A stretch of DNA of 64,000 bases from Bacteroidia bacterium (GCA_046330075.1 JAXLTL010000001.1:396481-460480), one strand, 5' to 3'. Shown: positions 9,987 through 20,013, numbered from the stretch's first letter. Notes: generated from the letters alone by a model not told the origin. Numbers and translations are program-made.

Positions 9987-11069
9987 GTGATGAAATCGTA
10001 CCATTTTCACTGGATGAAGTACCTGTTGGCTTATCTGGCTCCGGTCGGAACCTTGATGGGTATGATTTCCGGAGGGTGGATCGTGTGGATTCCCATTGTA
10101 TTTGCTTTTGTGATAGTGCCGGCTGTTGAGCTGATCATAAAACCTGATCCTTCCAATTTGGAAGCTGCTGAGGCAGCTATACTGGCCAGAGATCCGCTGT
10201 TTGATATACTGATCTGGCTCATGGTGCCTTTTCAATGGCTGGTCGTTGTTTTGTTCCTGCATCGGGTGAATGACCCTGGACTTCCACCACTTGAGCTTGC
10301 CGGATTGATGATGGGGATGGGATTGATGTGCGGGATTATTGGGATTAATGTGGGCCATGAGTTGGGACATCGAACACACCAGGCAGAACAGTTCATGGCA
10401 AAACTGTTATTGCTGAGTTCGCTCTATATGCACTTTTTTATTGAGCATAACCGGGGCCACCATAAACGGGTCGGTACGCCTGACGATCCAGCCAGTGCAC
10501 GCTATAATGAAAGCTTATTTTCGTTTTGGTACAGGTCAGTGACAGGCAGCTATTTTTCTGCCTGGAAAATTGAAAATAGGCGATTGGAGAAAAACGGTAA
10601 AAGCAGATTTTCTTTCCACAATGAGATGATTGTTTTTCACGTGATTCAACTGGGACTCCTGGTTGCAATTGGATGTACCCTGGGATGGAAGAGTCTGGTT
10701 TGTTTTCTGGCTTCGGCAGGCATCGGCATTTTGTTACTGGAGGCAGTGAATTATATCGAGCATTATGGTCTTGCCCGCCGGAAAAAAAACGATGGTTCAT
10801 ACGGCCGCACCATGCATTGTCATTCCTGGAATTCTGATCATGTTTTAGGTCGTGTTCTTCTGTTTGAGTTATCCCGACACAGCGACCATCATTACAAAGC
10901 CAGTAAAAAGTATCAGTTGCTGGAACATATTGATGCAAGTCCTCAAATGCCAACTGGATATCCGGGCATGATCATGCTGGCATTGATTCCGCCGTTGTGG
11001 TTTAGTATCATGAATCCGCTGATAAAGGCGGAGATGGAGAAGTTGCCGGATATTGAACTGGCGGTTTAA
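9987..11069 (+). CDS. alkB: Alkane 1-monooxygenase (AlkB family integral-membrane di-iron hydroxylase)
   Basis: His boxes HELGHR, EHNRGHH and HSDHH in the canonical AlkB order; 360 aa; multiple TM helices. Confidence 0.85.
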   Translation: MMKSYHFHWMKYLLAYLAPVGTLMGMISGGWIVWIPIVFAFVIVPAVELIIKPDPSNLEAAEAAILARDPLFDILIWLMVPFQWLVVVLFLHRVNDPGLPPLELAGLMMGMGLMCGIIGINVGHELGHRTHQAEQFMAKLLLLSSLYMHFFIEHNRGHHKRVGTPDDPASARYNESLFSFWYRSVTGSYFSAWKIENRRLEKNGKSRFSFHNEMIVFHVIQLGLLVAIGCTLGWKSLVCFLASAGIGILLLEAVNYIEHYGLARRKKNDGSYGRTMHCHSWNSDHVLGRVLLFELSRHSDHHYKASKKYQLLEHIDASPQMPTGYPGMIMLALIPPLWFSIMNPLIKAEMEKLPDIELAV

Positions 11070-11371
11070 CGCGGATCATAATTTCCTACGATTTCCTGCA
11101 TCGACCAGGCTACAGGAGCTGCTGCAAACATCGGTTTTACCTCACTCCAGGTGGTTTTAAAGAGGTCTGAATTTCGGTAGTTGTCGAGATGTGTTTCGCT
11201 TTCCCAATGACTGTAGGTAATATATACATTGCTCAGTGTTGCATCGCGAAAAAGACGGAGATGACTGCAACCCTGAAAACTCCGTATGGCCGGATAGGTG
11301 GCATGAAATCTTGTCAGAAAATCTTCAACTCTTTCAGGCAGTAGCGTAAGCCTAACAATACGGGTGATCAT
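11066..11371 (-). CDS. ABM-domain (antibiotic biosynthesis monooxygenase-like) protein
   Basis: 101 aa; the size and hydrophobic pattern of a ferredoxin-like ABM fold. Confidence 0.45.
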   Translation of the reverse strand: MITRIVRLTLLPERVEDFLTRFHATYPAIRSFQGCSHLRLFRDATLSNVYITYSHWESETHLDNYRNSDLFKTTWSEVKPMFAAAPVAWSMQEIVGNYDPR

Positions 11372-12162
11372 TTAAATTCTATACGGATGTTATCATTGAG
11401 CCGGATGTTCATCAGCTTGAAGGCACTGTCTTCGTTAATGGCAATTTCAAGATAACCGGCATCATTGAACAAGGCTAGAGCTGCTCCGGGCTCTACAGTG
11501 TTGTAGTAATGGGAGATGCGGGTAATAGAATGCTGCGATTTGCGCGCAACGATTTCGAAGGATCTGCCTTTTCGCTGTGCTTCGAAGAGAGTACGGGAGA
11601 TGTTGGTGACGATATTACCAAAGTCATCTATGTAGATCACTACTCCGTGTATCAATTCTTCGTCGATTGTCGGGAGAAACGCTGAGCGTTGTACAAAATG
11701 ATCCGGTCGCTCTCCGAGCTCATAGAGATTGCGGCCGCTCAGCAGTGCTGCTGCTGCATCTACCATGGCAGGCAAATCAAATAAATCTCCTTTTTCTGAA
11801 CGGTCTCCGATTACAACTACATCAATGGGCGGCTCATCAAAAACCAAAGAAAAGAATCCATCGTTGACGCCAATAAACATATGGCCGTCTTTCTTTATGG
11901 CTATGAGCTGCGGATCGTATTTACTTTGTCCCAGTACGCCGATGACATGCAGCGAACCCGGCGGGAAAAACCGGTAAGCGTTTCTGAAAATATAAGCTGC
12001 CTGCTGAATATTATGTCTCGCAACTTCATGCGAAATGTCAACCAGCCGCAGGTCCTGAAGACGGGCAAGCAACATTCCCTTTAAAGCGCCAACGTGATAG
12101 TCGCGGGTGCCCCAGTCGGTTGTAAACGTAACAATGGCCATTTGCGGTTCAAAAATATCCAA
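11368..12162 (-). CDS. SAM hydroxide adenosyltransferase family protein (DUF62; fluorinase/chlorinase superfamily)
   Basis: N-terminal IVTFTTDWGTRDY motif characteristic of DUF62 SAM-cleaving enzymes; 264 aa. The start could be the internal Met at 12141. Confidence 0.75.
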   Translation of the reverse strand: MDIFEPQMAIVTFTTDWGTRDYHVGALKGMLLARLQDLRLVDISHEVARHNIQQAAYIFRNAYRFFPPGSLHVIGVLGQSKYDPQLIAIKKDGHMFIGVNDGFFSLVFDEPPIDVVVIGDRSEKGDLFDLPAMVDAAAALLSGRNLYELGERPDHFVQRSAFLPTIDEELIHGVVIYIDDFGNIVTNISRTLFEAQRKGRSFEIVARKSQHSITRISHYYNTVEPGAALALFNDAGYLEIAINEDSAFKLMNIRLNDNIRIEFK

Positions 12163-12223
12163 TTTTAGAGTCGTTCGGGCAGAGAATAGTGCGCGGATAG
12201 AAGAAAATAATGATCTTTGTAGT

Positions 12224-12514
12224 ATGCGGCCTACGAACGAGAATTCATTGGGAGAGGTGATCCGGGAGATGATGAAAAAGTATCAGCTCGAGGATGGATT
12301 ATGGTCGGCACGAATCACGGAAGCCTGGGGCAGTTGTATGTTACCTGCTGTTGTGCAACGTACTAATTCGGTGTCCTATAAGAATGGTCAACTGGTGGTT
12401 CACCTCAATTCTGCAGTATTGAAACAGGAATTAACCCTGATTAAAAAAGATATTATCGCAGAGCTGAACCAGGAACTGCGGGAAGAAGTGATTTTAGAAA
12501 TGATTATTTATTGA
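12224..12514 (+). CDS. DUF721 domain protein
   Basis: About 96 aa from the ATG at 12224 (MRPTNENSLGEVIREM...). A small conserved Bacteroidetes protein with this N-terminus. The upstream part of the ORF-track ORF overlaps the convergent gene and is discounted. Confidence 0.5.
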   Translation: MRPTNENSLGEVIREMMKKYQLEDGLWSARITEAWGSCMLPAVVQRTNSVSYKNGQLVVHLNSAVLKQELTLIKKDIIAELNQELREEVILEMIIY

Positions 12515-12667
12515 TGCGCACAGGAAATAAAGGCCCGGGGTATTCATTGTACGAGAAAGTGATCATTAGTGCCTTGCTCGTCTTTTTTTTGGGGATGTTG
12601 GTTATGTTTTTTGTTGTTCCCCGGTTTCAGTAAAATCTTGTTGCTTGTAAATCAGCTGTTTATAAAA

Positions 12668-12705
12668 GAAAGAGCGGTAACCGAATTGGTTGCCGCTCTT
12701 TTTTG
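12668..12705. terminator. Bidirectional rho-independent terminator between DUF721 (+) and ndk (-)
   Basis: Hairpin agagcggtaacc-gaat-tggttgccgctct flanked by A-run and T-run. Confidence 0.7.
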
Positions 12706-12721
12706 ATTGTTGCAGGTGTAC

Positions 12722-13141
12722 TCAGGGACGTTCCTGCATAGAGAAGAAAAAGTTGCCTTCATTGGCAGCATTTTCATTGCTGTCAGAACCATGCACGGCA
12801 TTGGCTTCGATCGATTTAGCGTAGATCTTGCGAATAGTTCCTTCAGCAGCTTTAGCAGGGTCAGTGGCGCCGATCAGTGTACGGAAGTCTTCTACTGCAT
12901 TGTCCTTTTCAAGAATGGCAGCTACGATAGGACCTGAAGACATATAGTTTACAAGGTCTTTGTAAAATGGACGCTCCTTGTGAATTTCATAGAATTTACC
13001 AGCCATCTCCGGAGTGAGGCGGGTATATTTCATGGCCACAATCTTAAAGCCGGCTTTGATAATGTGATCAAGAATACCACCGATGTATCCATTGCCAACG
13101 GCATCCGGTTTGATCATGGTGAAGGTGCGATTTGTTGTCAT
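12722..13141 (-). CDS. ndk: Nucleoside diphosphate kinase
   Basis: Starts [15 protein letters not shown]; includes the NAVHGSDS active-site histidine region; 139 aa. Confidence 0.95.
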   Translation of the reverse strand: MTTNRTFTMIKPDAVGNGYIGGILDHIIKAGFKIVAMKYTRLTPEMAGKFYEIHKERPFYKDLVNYMSSGPIVAAILEKDNAVEDFRTLIGATDPAKAAEGTIRKIYAKSIEANAVHGSDSNENAANEGNFFFSMQERP

Positions 13142-13208
13142 ATGTGTAGATTATTTATTCGTCTTTTTCGGGGTGCAAAGTTAATTGGATTACTTTTGAT
13201 GTTCAATC

Positions 13209-14237
13209 ATGAAAAAGGTTTTTAGTGAGGTGCAGATCAGCGAATTGCTGAATTTGCTCAGTGAACCGAAGCGGATTGTGATCACTACGCATCATAAACC
13301 CGATGGAGATGCACTGGGGTCTTCGTTGGGGCTTCGTCGGGTACTGGAAAAGGCCGGCCATCGGGCTGAAGTGGTGGTTCCCAGTGAGTTCCCTCAGTTT
13401 TTATCGTGGATGTCCGGCGCTTCCCAGGCTGTGGATTTTATCCGCGATGGACGTAAAGCCCGGGAACTGTTGTCGGCCGCCGATCTCGTTTTTTGCCTCG
13501 ATTTCAATGAGCCGTCGCGGGTTGAGCAAATGAAAAATGAGCTCGTTAAAATTACTGCGCCCATTGTCCTGATCGACCATCATCTTACACCTATGCCGGG
13601 GTTCGGGAAGCTGGTTTTCTCGTTTCCGGATCATGCTTCTACAGCAGAACTACTGGTGCATATTCTTCTCGAAGCCGGACTCGATCACTTGCTAGACCGT
13701 GAATCCGCAGAGTGTTTGTATACCGGCATCATGACCGATACCGGATCATTTCGTTTCAATTCTGTTTCTGCTGTAACACATCGGATGACTGCAAGGTTGA
13801 TGGAGGAGGGGGTTCGCAATGATTGGATTCATGAAGCAATTTATGATACCAATTCATTCTGGCGGATGCGCTTTCTTGGATTTACGCTTTATGAAAAGAT
13901 GGAAATTCTGGAAGATTTCAGAACAGTTGTTATTACTGCTACACAATCAGACATGGACCGTTTCAATCATCAGCCCGGCGATCTCGAGGGTATTGTAAAT
14001 TACGGGTTGAGTATCTCCGGTGTGAAAGTTTCCGTGCTGATGGCTGAAAGAGACGGTCTCATCAAAATTTCGTTCCGTTCAAAAGGAACATTCTCCGTAA
14101 AAGATATTGCTGAAAAATATTTTGAAGGCGGTGGACACCGTAATGCAGCCGGAGGCCGTTCACGTTTATCATTGCAACAGGCTGTACAACGATTTAAAGA
14201 GGTGTTACCTGAATATTATGATGAACTCAATAAATAG
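13209..14237 (+). CDS. nrnA: DHH/DHHA1 phosphoesterase (bifunctional oligoribonuclease / pAp phosphatase NrnA-like)
   Basis: ITTHHKPDGDALGS and DHH motifs; C-terminal GGGH (DHHA1); 342 aa. Confidence 0.85.
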   Translation: MKKVFSEVQISELLNLLSEPKRIVITTHHKPDGDALGSSLGLRRVLEKAGHRAEVVVPSEFPQFLSWMSGASQAVDFIRDGRKARELLSAADLVFCLDFNEPSRVEQMKNELVKITAPIVLIDHHLTPMPGFGKLVFSFPDHASTAELLVHILLEAGLDHLLDRESAECLYTGIMTDTGSFRFNSVSAVTHRMTARLMEEGVRNDWIHEAIYDTNSFWRMRFLGFTLYEKMEILEDFRTVVITATQSDMDRFNHQPGDLEGIVNYGLSISGVKVSVLMAERDGLIKISFRSKGTFSVKDIAEKYFEGGGHRNAAGGRSRLSLQQAVQRFKEVLPEYYDELNK

Positions 14238-14241
14238 ATGG

Positions 14242-14778
14242 ATGCGGTTTTTCGCTGCAGGATGTATGGTACTCTTGGTTGCCTGTCATCAGAACAGCAA
14301 CCGTGAGAAATATCCTGCAACCACTCCTTCAGCTGCCGAAAAAGAAGAGCTGAAAGAAGCACTGATTCATCAGAACCGTCAACTGATCCGCGAGGAAATT
14401 GAGCACATCGATGCCTACGCCGACAGGCATGGCTTGTCACTGGATACAACTTCTACCGGACTCCGTTATATGATGATTGAACGGACCAATGGAAAGCCGG
14501 TTAAACTGATGAATGAAGTAACGATCTCCTATAAAGCGGAATTGCTGGATGGGAAATTCTGCTATTCAAGCGACAGCACCGGCAGTTTAAGCTTCGTGGT
14601 AGGGCAGTCCAATCAGCCTTCTGGTCTACAGGAAGGATTATTACTGATGAAAGAAGGTGAGAAAGCATTTATGATTGTACCTTCCTATTTGGCATATGGT
14701 GTAACCGGTGATGGTGTATGTGTGCCCGGTAGTTCAAGTGTGGTGTATACGGTTAAACTGGATAAAGTAAGAGATTAA
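14242..14778 (+). CDS. FKBP-type peptidyl-prolyl cis-trans isomerase, lipoprotein
   Basis: Lipoprotein signal MRFFAAGCMVLLVAC followed by an FKBP domain (FVVGQSNQPSGLQEGLLLMKEGEKAFMIVPSYLAYG). Start set at the ATG just after the nrnA stop. Confidence 0.8.
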   Translation: MRFFAAGCMVLLVACHQNSNREKYPATTPSAAEKEELKEALIHQNRQLIREEIEHIDAYADRHGLSLDTTSTGLRYMMIERTNGKPVKLMNEVTISYKAELLDGKFCYSSDSTGSLSFVVGQSNQPSGLQEGLLLMKEGEKAFMIVPSYLAYGVTGDGVCVPGSSSVVYTVKLDKVRD

Positions 14779-14784
14779 TAAAAA

Positions 14785-15645
14785 ATGAGATCATACCGGG
14801 TTTGGTGGATTTTACTGTTTGCAGTAGGGCTCGGAGCAGCCTGTAACAGTAACAAATTTGAAAAGACCGGAGATGGACTTCTATACAGGTTCATCGAGCG
14901 GAAAAACGGCCGGCGCGCAGCCATGGGTGAATTATTACAACTTCACCTTTGTTATCGCGATGCAAAAGGGAAAGTGTTGTTTGATTCAAAAAAGCTGGGC
15001 ACTGAATTTATCGTGCAGGTGGTTCCGCCAACTTTCATCGGTGGACTGGAAGGTGGATTCGCCATGATGGGAGAAGGTGATTCAGCTGTTTTCAGTATTC
15101 CTGCTGATTCTGTTTTTGAAAAAACGTTTCACGAAACATTACCGCCATCGGTGAATAAAGGTGATTATTTATCCTTTGAGGTCCGGCTTGAAAAAATCAT
15201 GAATCCGGAAGAATACAGAAACCGCCTGGATAGTGTACCGAAAAAAGTAAGCGAAATTGAACTCCATAGCATAGAGGCATATCTCGCCGAGAATTCCATG
15301 AACGTGCAACCATCTCGTCCGGGAGTTTATGCTGTCGAATTGAGAAAAGGAAACGGCGCGATTCCGGTTCCCGGCGATTCCGTGGAAATTAAATACCGGG
15401 GTTCTTTTCTGAGCGGTGAGGTGTTTGATTCCAGTAAGGATAAAAATCTGAAATATGTTTTAGGAGATGGATTACGATTACCGGCCTGGGAAGAAACCAT
15501 TGCAGCAATGAAAGAAGGAGGGATGGTGCGACTTGTCTTGTCCAGTGATAATGCCTTCGGTAAAGACGGATTTGGCCCTGTTCCTCCTGCCACAACTGTG
15601 ATTTATGACATTGAACTCATCAAAGTAAAGAAGACTGCAAGCTGA
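14785..15645 (+). CDS. FKBP-type peptidyl-prolyl cis-trans isomerase (two FKBP domains), lipoprotein
   Basis: Signal with Cys (GLGAAC); two FKBP-like segments; 286 aa. Confidence 0.8.
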   Translation: MRSYRVWWILLFAVGLGAACNSNKFEKTGDGLLYRFIERKNGRRAAMGELLQLHLCYRDAKGKVLFDSKKLGTEFIVQVVPPTFIGGLEGGFAMMGEGDSAVFSIPADSVFEKTFHETLPPSVNKGDYLSFEVRLEKIMNPEEYRNRLDSVPKKVSEIELHSIEAYLAENSMNVQPSRPGVYAVELRKGNGAIPVPGDSVEIKYRGSFLSGEVFDSSKDKNLKYVLGDGLRLPAWEETIAAMKEGGMVRLVLSSDNAFGKDGFGPVPPATTVIYDIELIKVKKTAS

Positions 15646-15680
15646 TAGGCTCCTGAAGAACCAACAACCGCTGAAAAGTA

Positions 15681-15711
15681 AAAAGCCCCTGCAATGCAGA
15701 GGCTTTTTTTG
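15681..15711. terminator. Bidirectional terminator shared by the FKBP gene (+) and the histone-like gene (-)
   Basis: aaaagcccctgcaatgcagaggcttttttt: a GC stem with A-run and T-run on either side. Confidence 0.7.
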
Positions 15712-15728
15712 TTAACCCAAGAAGATGA

Positions 15729-16040
15729 TTATTTCTTCTTGGCAGCTTTTTTAGTAGCTTTTTTTGCCCCTTTTTTAGCAGCTTTCTTCGGAGCAGCTTT
15801 TTTAGTAGCTTTCTTCGGAGCAGCTTTTTTGGTTGCTTTCTTAGCAGCTTTTTTAGCGCCTTTTTTCGCAGCTTTCTTAGTCGCTTTCTTAGCAGACTTT
15901 TTAGTTGCTTTTTTAGCAGCTTTTTTAGCTTTCTTAGGAGCAGCCATAGCTTCAACGTTAGTCATTTTGAAGCCGATTACTCGTGTTGCACCAGCAGCAG
16001 TAGCAGTAGTGCCTTTCTTCATTTCCATGTTCTGTTTCAT
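15729..16040 (-). CDS. Histone H1-like DNA-binding protein (Lys/Ala-rich, KKAAKKATKK repeats)
   Basis: 103 aa. After a short N-terminal region the sequence is almost entirely AKK/PKK repeats, typical of Bacteroidetes/Chlamydia Hc1-like nucleoid proteins. The + strand ORFs 15694-16056 and 15620-15955 are antisense artefacts of the repeat. Confidence 0.7.
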   Translation of the reverse strand: MKQNMEMKKGTTATAAGATRVIGFKMTNVEAMAAPKKAKKAAKKATKKSAKKATKKAAKKGAKKAAKKATKKAAPKKATKKAAPKKAAKKGAKKATKKAAKKK

Positions 16041-16203
16041 GTTAGTTGTGTTTTGAATTGGGTTAACGATTATTTGTTGTGGTTTATACTGTCATTTATT
16101 TTTTTTTGTTACATTTTCTGTAACCTTTTTTCAATGGACACTTTTCACGCAACAACTTCTCATTAATTCCGGCAACACGGTGAACAGGTTTTTTTCATTG
16201 AGT

Positions 16204-17454
16204 TCAGGTTAGTGATGTAACGATTTTATCAAGGTTATACTTTCCTGCTTTCAGGTTTTCATGAATCTGTTTGAAAGCATTAATAGTATAATTAACATCT
16301 TCCAGTGTATGCACTGCGGTTGGAATCAGTCGCAGCATAATTACACCTTTAGGAACTACAGGATACACAACCATTGAACAGAAGATATCGAAGTTCTCAC
16401 GAAGATCAAGAATCAGATTAGTTGCTTCAGGAATTGTTCCGTTCAGGTAAACAGGAGTCACCGGTGAATTGGTGTTTCCGATTTCGAAGCCTGCATCTTT
16501 CAATCCGGTTTGAAGCGCATTGGTAATTTTCCAGAGATTATCTTTTAACTCAGGACGTGTACGCAGTAACTCCAGACGCTTTAAGGCGCCTACCACCAAT
16601 GGCATTGGCAGCGACTTGGCGAAAATCTGCGAACGCATATTATAGCGGAGAAACTCCACTACCTGTTCTTCACTGCTGATAAATGCACCAATCAGCGCCA
16701 TCGATTTGGCAAAGGTGCCAAAATAAATGTCAATTCCATCCTGACAGCCCTGATGTTCTCCGGTTCCGGCTCCGGTTTTACCCATCGTGCCGAATCCGTG
16801 TGCATCATCAACAAACAAACGGAAGTTGAATTTCTTTTTGAGTTCGGTAATCTCTTTCAGTTTTCCCTGATCACCCGACATGCCAAATACACCTTCTGTA
16901 ATAACGAGTATTCCGCCATTGGTTTGTTCTACCAGTTTTGTAGCACGCTCCAGCTGCTTTTGAAGGTTGTCAATGTCGTTGTGCGGATAAACAAAACGCT
17001 TACCCATATGTAAACGCAAGCCATCTATAATACAGGCATGCGCTTCCGAATCATATACTATTACATCATGGCGGTCTACCAGGCTGTCAATGGCACTGAC
17101 CATGCCCTGATATCCGAAATTCAAAAGAATGGTGTCTTCTTTTGACATGAATTTGGATAGCTCAGCTTCCAGTTGCTCATGTTGATTGGAGTTTCCCGAC
17201 ATCATGCGGGCTCCCATCGGCAAGGCCAGACCAAACTGTGCGCAGGCATCAGCATCGGCTTTGCGGACTTCAGGATGGTTTGCAAGTCCTAAGTAATTGT
17301 TAAGGCTCCAAACCAGCTTTTCCTTTCCGCGGAAAATCATCTTGTTTGAAATGTCGCCTTCTAATTTTGGGAAGGTAAAGTAACCATGTGCATCCTTCGC
17401 GTGCATCCCCAACGGACCTCGGTTCTTTCGGATCTTTTCGAAGATATCTGTCAT
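16204..17454 (-). CDS. PLP-dependent alpha-oxoamine synthase family enzyme (Kbl/BioF/serine-palmitoyltransferase-like)
   Basis: 416 aa with an aminotransferase class I/II fold and a PLP-lysine motif GTFAKS. It matches the 2-amino-3-ketobutyrate CoA ligase / 8-amino-7-oxononanoate synthase / SPT family; the exact member cannot be assigned by eye. Confidence 0.75.
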   Translation of the reverse strand: MTDIFEKIRKNRGPLGMHAKDAHGYFTFPKLEGDISNKMIFRGKEKLVWSLNNYLGLANHPEVRKADADACAQFGLALPMGARMMSGNSNQHEQLEAELSKFMSKEDTILLNFGYQGMVSAIDSLVDRHDVIVYDSEAHACIIDGLRLHMGKRFVYPHNDIDNLQKQLERATKLVEQTNGGILVITEGVFGMSGDQGKLKEITELKKKFNFRLFVDDAHGFGTMGKTGAGTGEHQGCQDGIDIYFGTFAKSMALIGAFISSEEQVVEFLRYNMRSQIFAKSLPMPLVVGALKRLELLRTRPELKDNLWKITNALQTGLKDAGFEIGNTNSPVTPVYLNGTIPEATNLILDLRENFDIFCSMVVYPVVPKGVIMLRLIPTAVHTLEDVNYTINAFKQIHENLKAGKYNLDKIVTSLT

Positions 17455-17637
17455 TTTCTTATTTATACTTTTTTTCTTTGGCTAACGTTGTAGTATTTCC
17501 GCCACAGAATGCGACCGAAATATCAACACAAAAATAAAACTAAAATCATTAGCAATCACAATGTTTTCAACATGCATTTGTTAATCATGTAGTTTCGCAG
17601 ACTACAAATCAGTACATTTGCATTCACAAAATCAACA

Positions 17638-18441
17638 ATGAAAAAATTATTATTCGTTATTCTTCCGCTCCTGATATTTTCTTCCTGCAGCAAATTTCAG
17701 CGTATTTCCAAAAGTTCCGACATGGAAGCGAAGTACAATGCAGCAGTAAAATATTATGAGAAGAAAGATTATTTTCATGCCTATCAGTTGTTCGAAGAAC
17801 TGATCAGCGTGTACCGCGGAACCTCGAAAGCGGAGATGTCATACTATTATTATACGTATTGTACATATTATATAGATGACTTCACGCTGGCGGCATATCA
17901 CTTCAATAATTTTGTGCAGAGTTATCCCAACAGCCCGCATGCGGAAGAAATGCAGTATATGTTTGCTTACTGCTTTTACCTGGACTCACCTGTTTCCAGC
18001 CTTGACCAAACCAGTACCATCGATGCGATCGAGAAGTTCCAGTTGTTCGTAAACAAGTATCCGAATAGTCCCAAAGTGGCAGAAGCCAATGAAAAGATGG
18101 ATGGCCTCCGGAAAAAACTTGAACAAAAGGCTTTTGATAACGCACGCCTATATTATAAGATGGAAAATTATAAAGCAGCTACCGTTGCTTTTGCCAATCT
18201 GCTGAAAGATTATCCCAGTACTATATATAAAGAGGAGTCGATGTATATGAGCCTGCGGGCCTCTTATTTATATGCAAAAAACTCGGTGGAGATGAAAAAA
18301 GCGGAACGTTTCCGCCAAACTGTCGAAGAGTATCTGAAATTTGTAGATAATTTCCCGCAAAGTCGGTATCTTCGCGACGCTGAAAGGATCTATGATGCTG
18401 CTCAGCAGGAATTGAAACCCGGTGTTGCTGCCGGAAGCTGA
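17638..18441 (+). CDS. bamD: Outer membrane protein assembly factor BamD (TPR lipoprotein)
   Basis: Lipoprotein signal LIFSSCSK; TPR-like repeats; and the conserved bamD-rpoZ arrangement of Bacteroidetes. Confidence 0.8.
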   Translation: MKKLLFVILPLLIFSSCSKFQRISKSSDMEAKYNAAVKYYEKKDYFHAYQLFEELISVYRGTSKAEMSYYYYTYCTYYIDDFTLAAYHFNNFVQSYPNSPHAEEMQYMFAYCFYLDSPVSSLDQTSTIDAIEKFQLFVNKYPNSPKVAEANEKMDGLRKKLEQKAFDNARLYYKMENYKAATVAFANLLKDYPSTIYKEESMYMSLRASYLYAKNSVEMKKAERFRQTVEEYLKFVDNFPQSRYLRDAERIYDAAQQELKPGVAAGS

Positions 18442-18481
18442 TTCCTTCATTCGGCGATAAATTCATATTAAATTAGTGTAA

Positions 18482-18802
18482 ATGGCTAATTATAAGTCTT
18501 CTACAAACACAACTGTTACCCGCGACCTCATTAATTTTGAGGAGAAAACCAGCAATATCTACGAAAGTATTGTGGTGCTGGCGAAGCGCGCTAATCATAT
18601 CTCAGCGGATATGAAGGAGGAACTCAATGAGAAATTGTCGGAGTTTGCCAGTATGACAGATAACCTGGAAGAAGTATTTGAAAACAGGGAGCAAATCGAA
18701 ATTTCCAAACATTACGAAAAACTCCCGAAACCTACCCTTATCGCTGTTCAGGAGTTCCTCGATGGTAAAATTTATTACCGGAACCCCGCTAACGATAAAT
18801 AA
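18482..18802 (+). CDS. rpoZ: DNA-directed RNA polymerase subunit omega
   Basis: 106 aa with the NIYESIVVLAKRANHIS core typical of RpoZ; sits immediately downstream of bamD. Confidence 0.7.
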   Translation: MANYKSSTNTTVTRDLINFEEKTSNIYESIVVLAKRANHISADMKEELNEKLSEFASMTDNLEEVFENREQIEISKHYEKLPKPTLIAVQEFLDGKIYYRNPANDK

Positions 18803-18813
18803 TTCCGGTCCTC

Positions 18814-20013
18814 ATGCGACTGTCCGGAAAGAAAATCCTCCTCGGAATTACCGGAAGTATTGCTGCCTATAAATCGGCCCCGCTTTGTCGTTTACTGAAA
18901 GCCGAAGGTGCTGAAATTCAGGTTGTTATGACCAATTCAGCCACAGGTTTTATTACCCCTTTAACCCTTTCTGTTCTTTCCGGAAATCCCGTTTATACGG
19001 AGATGATTTCCGAAGAAAAGACCTGGAACAATCATGTCGCCCTTGGACTTTGGGCTGACCTTTTTCTGGTCGCTCCGGCTTCCGCGAACACCATCTCTGC
19101 TTTCTCCAACGGGACCTGCGATAACCTGCTGCAGGCTGTGTTCCTGTCGGCCAGATGTCCTGTTTTAATAGCCCCGGCAATGGACCATGATATGTTTCTC
19201 CACCACGCGACACAGGAAAATTTGGCCTTGCTGAAGGAACGCGGAATCCGTATTGCCGGACCCGCCTCCGGTTCGCTGGCTTCGGGTTTGGTAGGTGAGG
19301 GACGTATGCTCGAACCGGATGAGTTGCTGGAGGAAGTTTTATCTTTCTTCTATCCGGATCAACCTCTAAAGGGGAAGAAGGTGTTGGTCAATGCCGGACC
19401 TACCCGCGAAGCGATTGATCCCGTACGTTATATAACGAATCATTCTACCGGGAAAATGGGTGTCGCTGTGGCCACAGCATTGCTGCAAGCCGGGGCTGAA
19501 GTTCACCTCGTACTGGGTCCTGTTTCAGTGCCCGTCCCACCGGGAATTGCAGTAACGAGTGTTGTGACAGCAGAAGATATGATGCGGGAATGCGCACGTT
19601 TGTTTCCATCGATGGATGGCGCTATTCTTTCCGCTGCAGTCGCTGATTATAAACCAGCAATTGCTGCGGATCAGAAAATAAAAAAGAACGATCAGCAATG
19701 GTCCCTGCCCATGGAAAAAACAGGAGATGTTTTGCAGGCTTTGGGAAAAATGAAAAAGCCCGGACAGCTATTGGTGGGTTTTGCACTGGAAACGAATAAC
19801 GAAATGGCCAATGCCCAAATTAAGCTGGAAAAGAAAAACCTCGATTTTATCGTCCTTAATTCCCTGCAGGATGCCGGTGCAGGATTTGGTACCGACACCA
19901 ATAAAATTACCCTTCTTTTCAGAAATAATACTTCAGTGGAAATCCCGTTAATGTCGAAACAAAAAGCTGCCGAAGAAATCGTGAAATCATTTATACATTT
20001 GACACATGCGTAA
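18814..20013 (+). CDS. coaBC: Bifunctional phosphopantothenoylcysteine decarboxylase / phosphopantothenate-cysteine ligase
   Basis: N-terminal flavoprotein domain (KKILLGITGSIAAYK); C-terminal DFP/CoaB domain; 399 aa. Confidence 0.9.
   Translation: MRLSGKKILLGITGSIAAYKSAPLCRLLKAEGAEIQVVMTNSATGFITPLTLSVLSGNPVYTEMISEEKTWNNHVALGLWADLFLVAPASANTISAFSNGTCDNLLQAVFLSARCPVLIAPAMDHDMFLHHATQENLALLKERGIRIAGPASGSLASGLVGEGRMLEPDELLEEVLSFFYPDQPLKGKKVLVNAGPTREAIDPVRYITNHSTGKMGVAVATALLQAGAEVHLVLGPVSVPVPPGIAVTSVVTAEDMMRECARLFPSMDGAILSAAVADYKPAIAADQKIKKNDQQWSLPMEKTGDVLQALGKMKKPGQLLVGFALETNNEMANAQIKLEKKNLDFIVLNSLQDAGAGFGTDTNKITLLFRNNTSVEIPLMSKQKAAEEIVKSFIHLTHA

Noticed and set aside
12107-12223. Upstream extension of the DUF721 ORF (12107-12223)
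   Set aside because: It overlaps the 5' end of the convergent DUF62 gene on the opposite strand. The conserved MRPxNE... start at 12224 is taken instead.
15620-16056. ORFs 15694-16056 (+, FLAAFL repeats) and 15620-15955 (-, LKKLLRK repeats) overlapping the histone-like gene
   Set aside because: They are alternative-frame or antisense readings of the same GC-skewed AAG/GCT repeat. Only the KKAAKK frame gives a biologically sensible histone-H1-like protein with a proper N-terminus and terminator.
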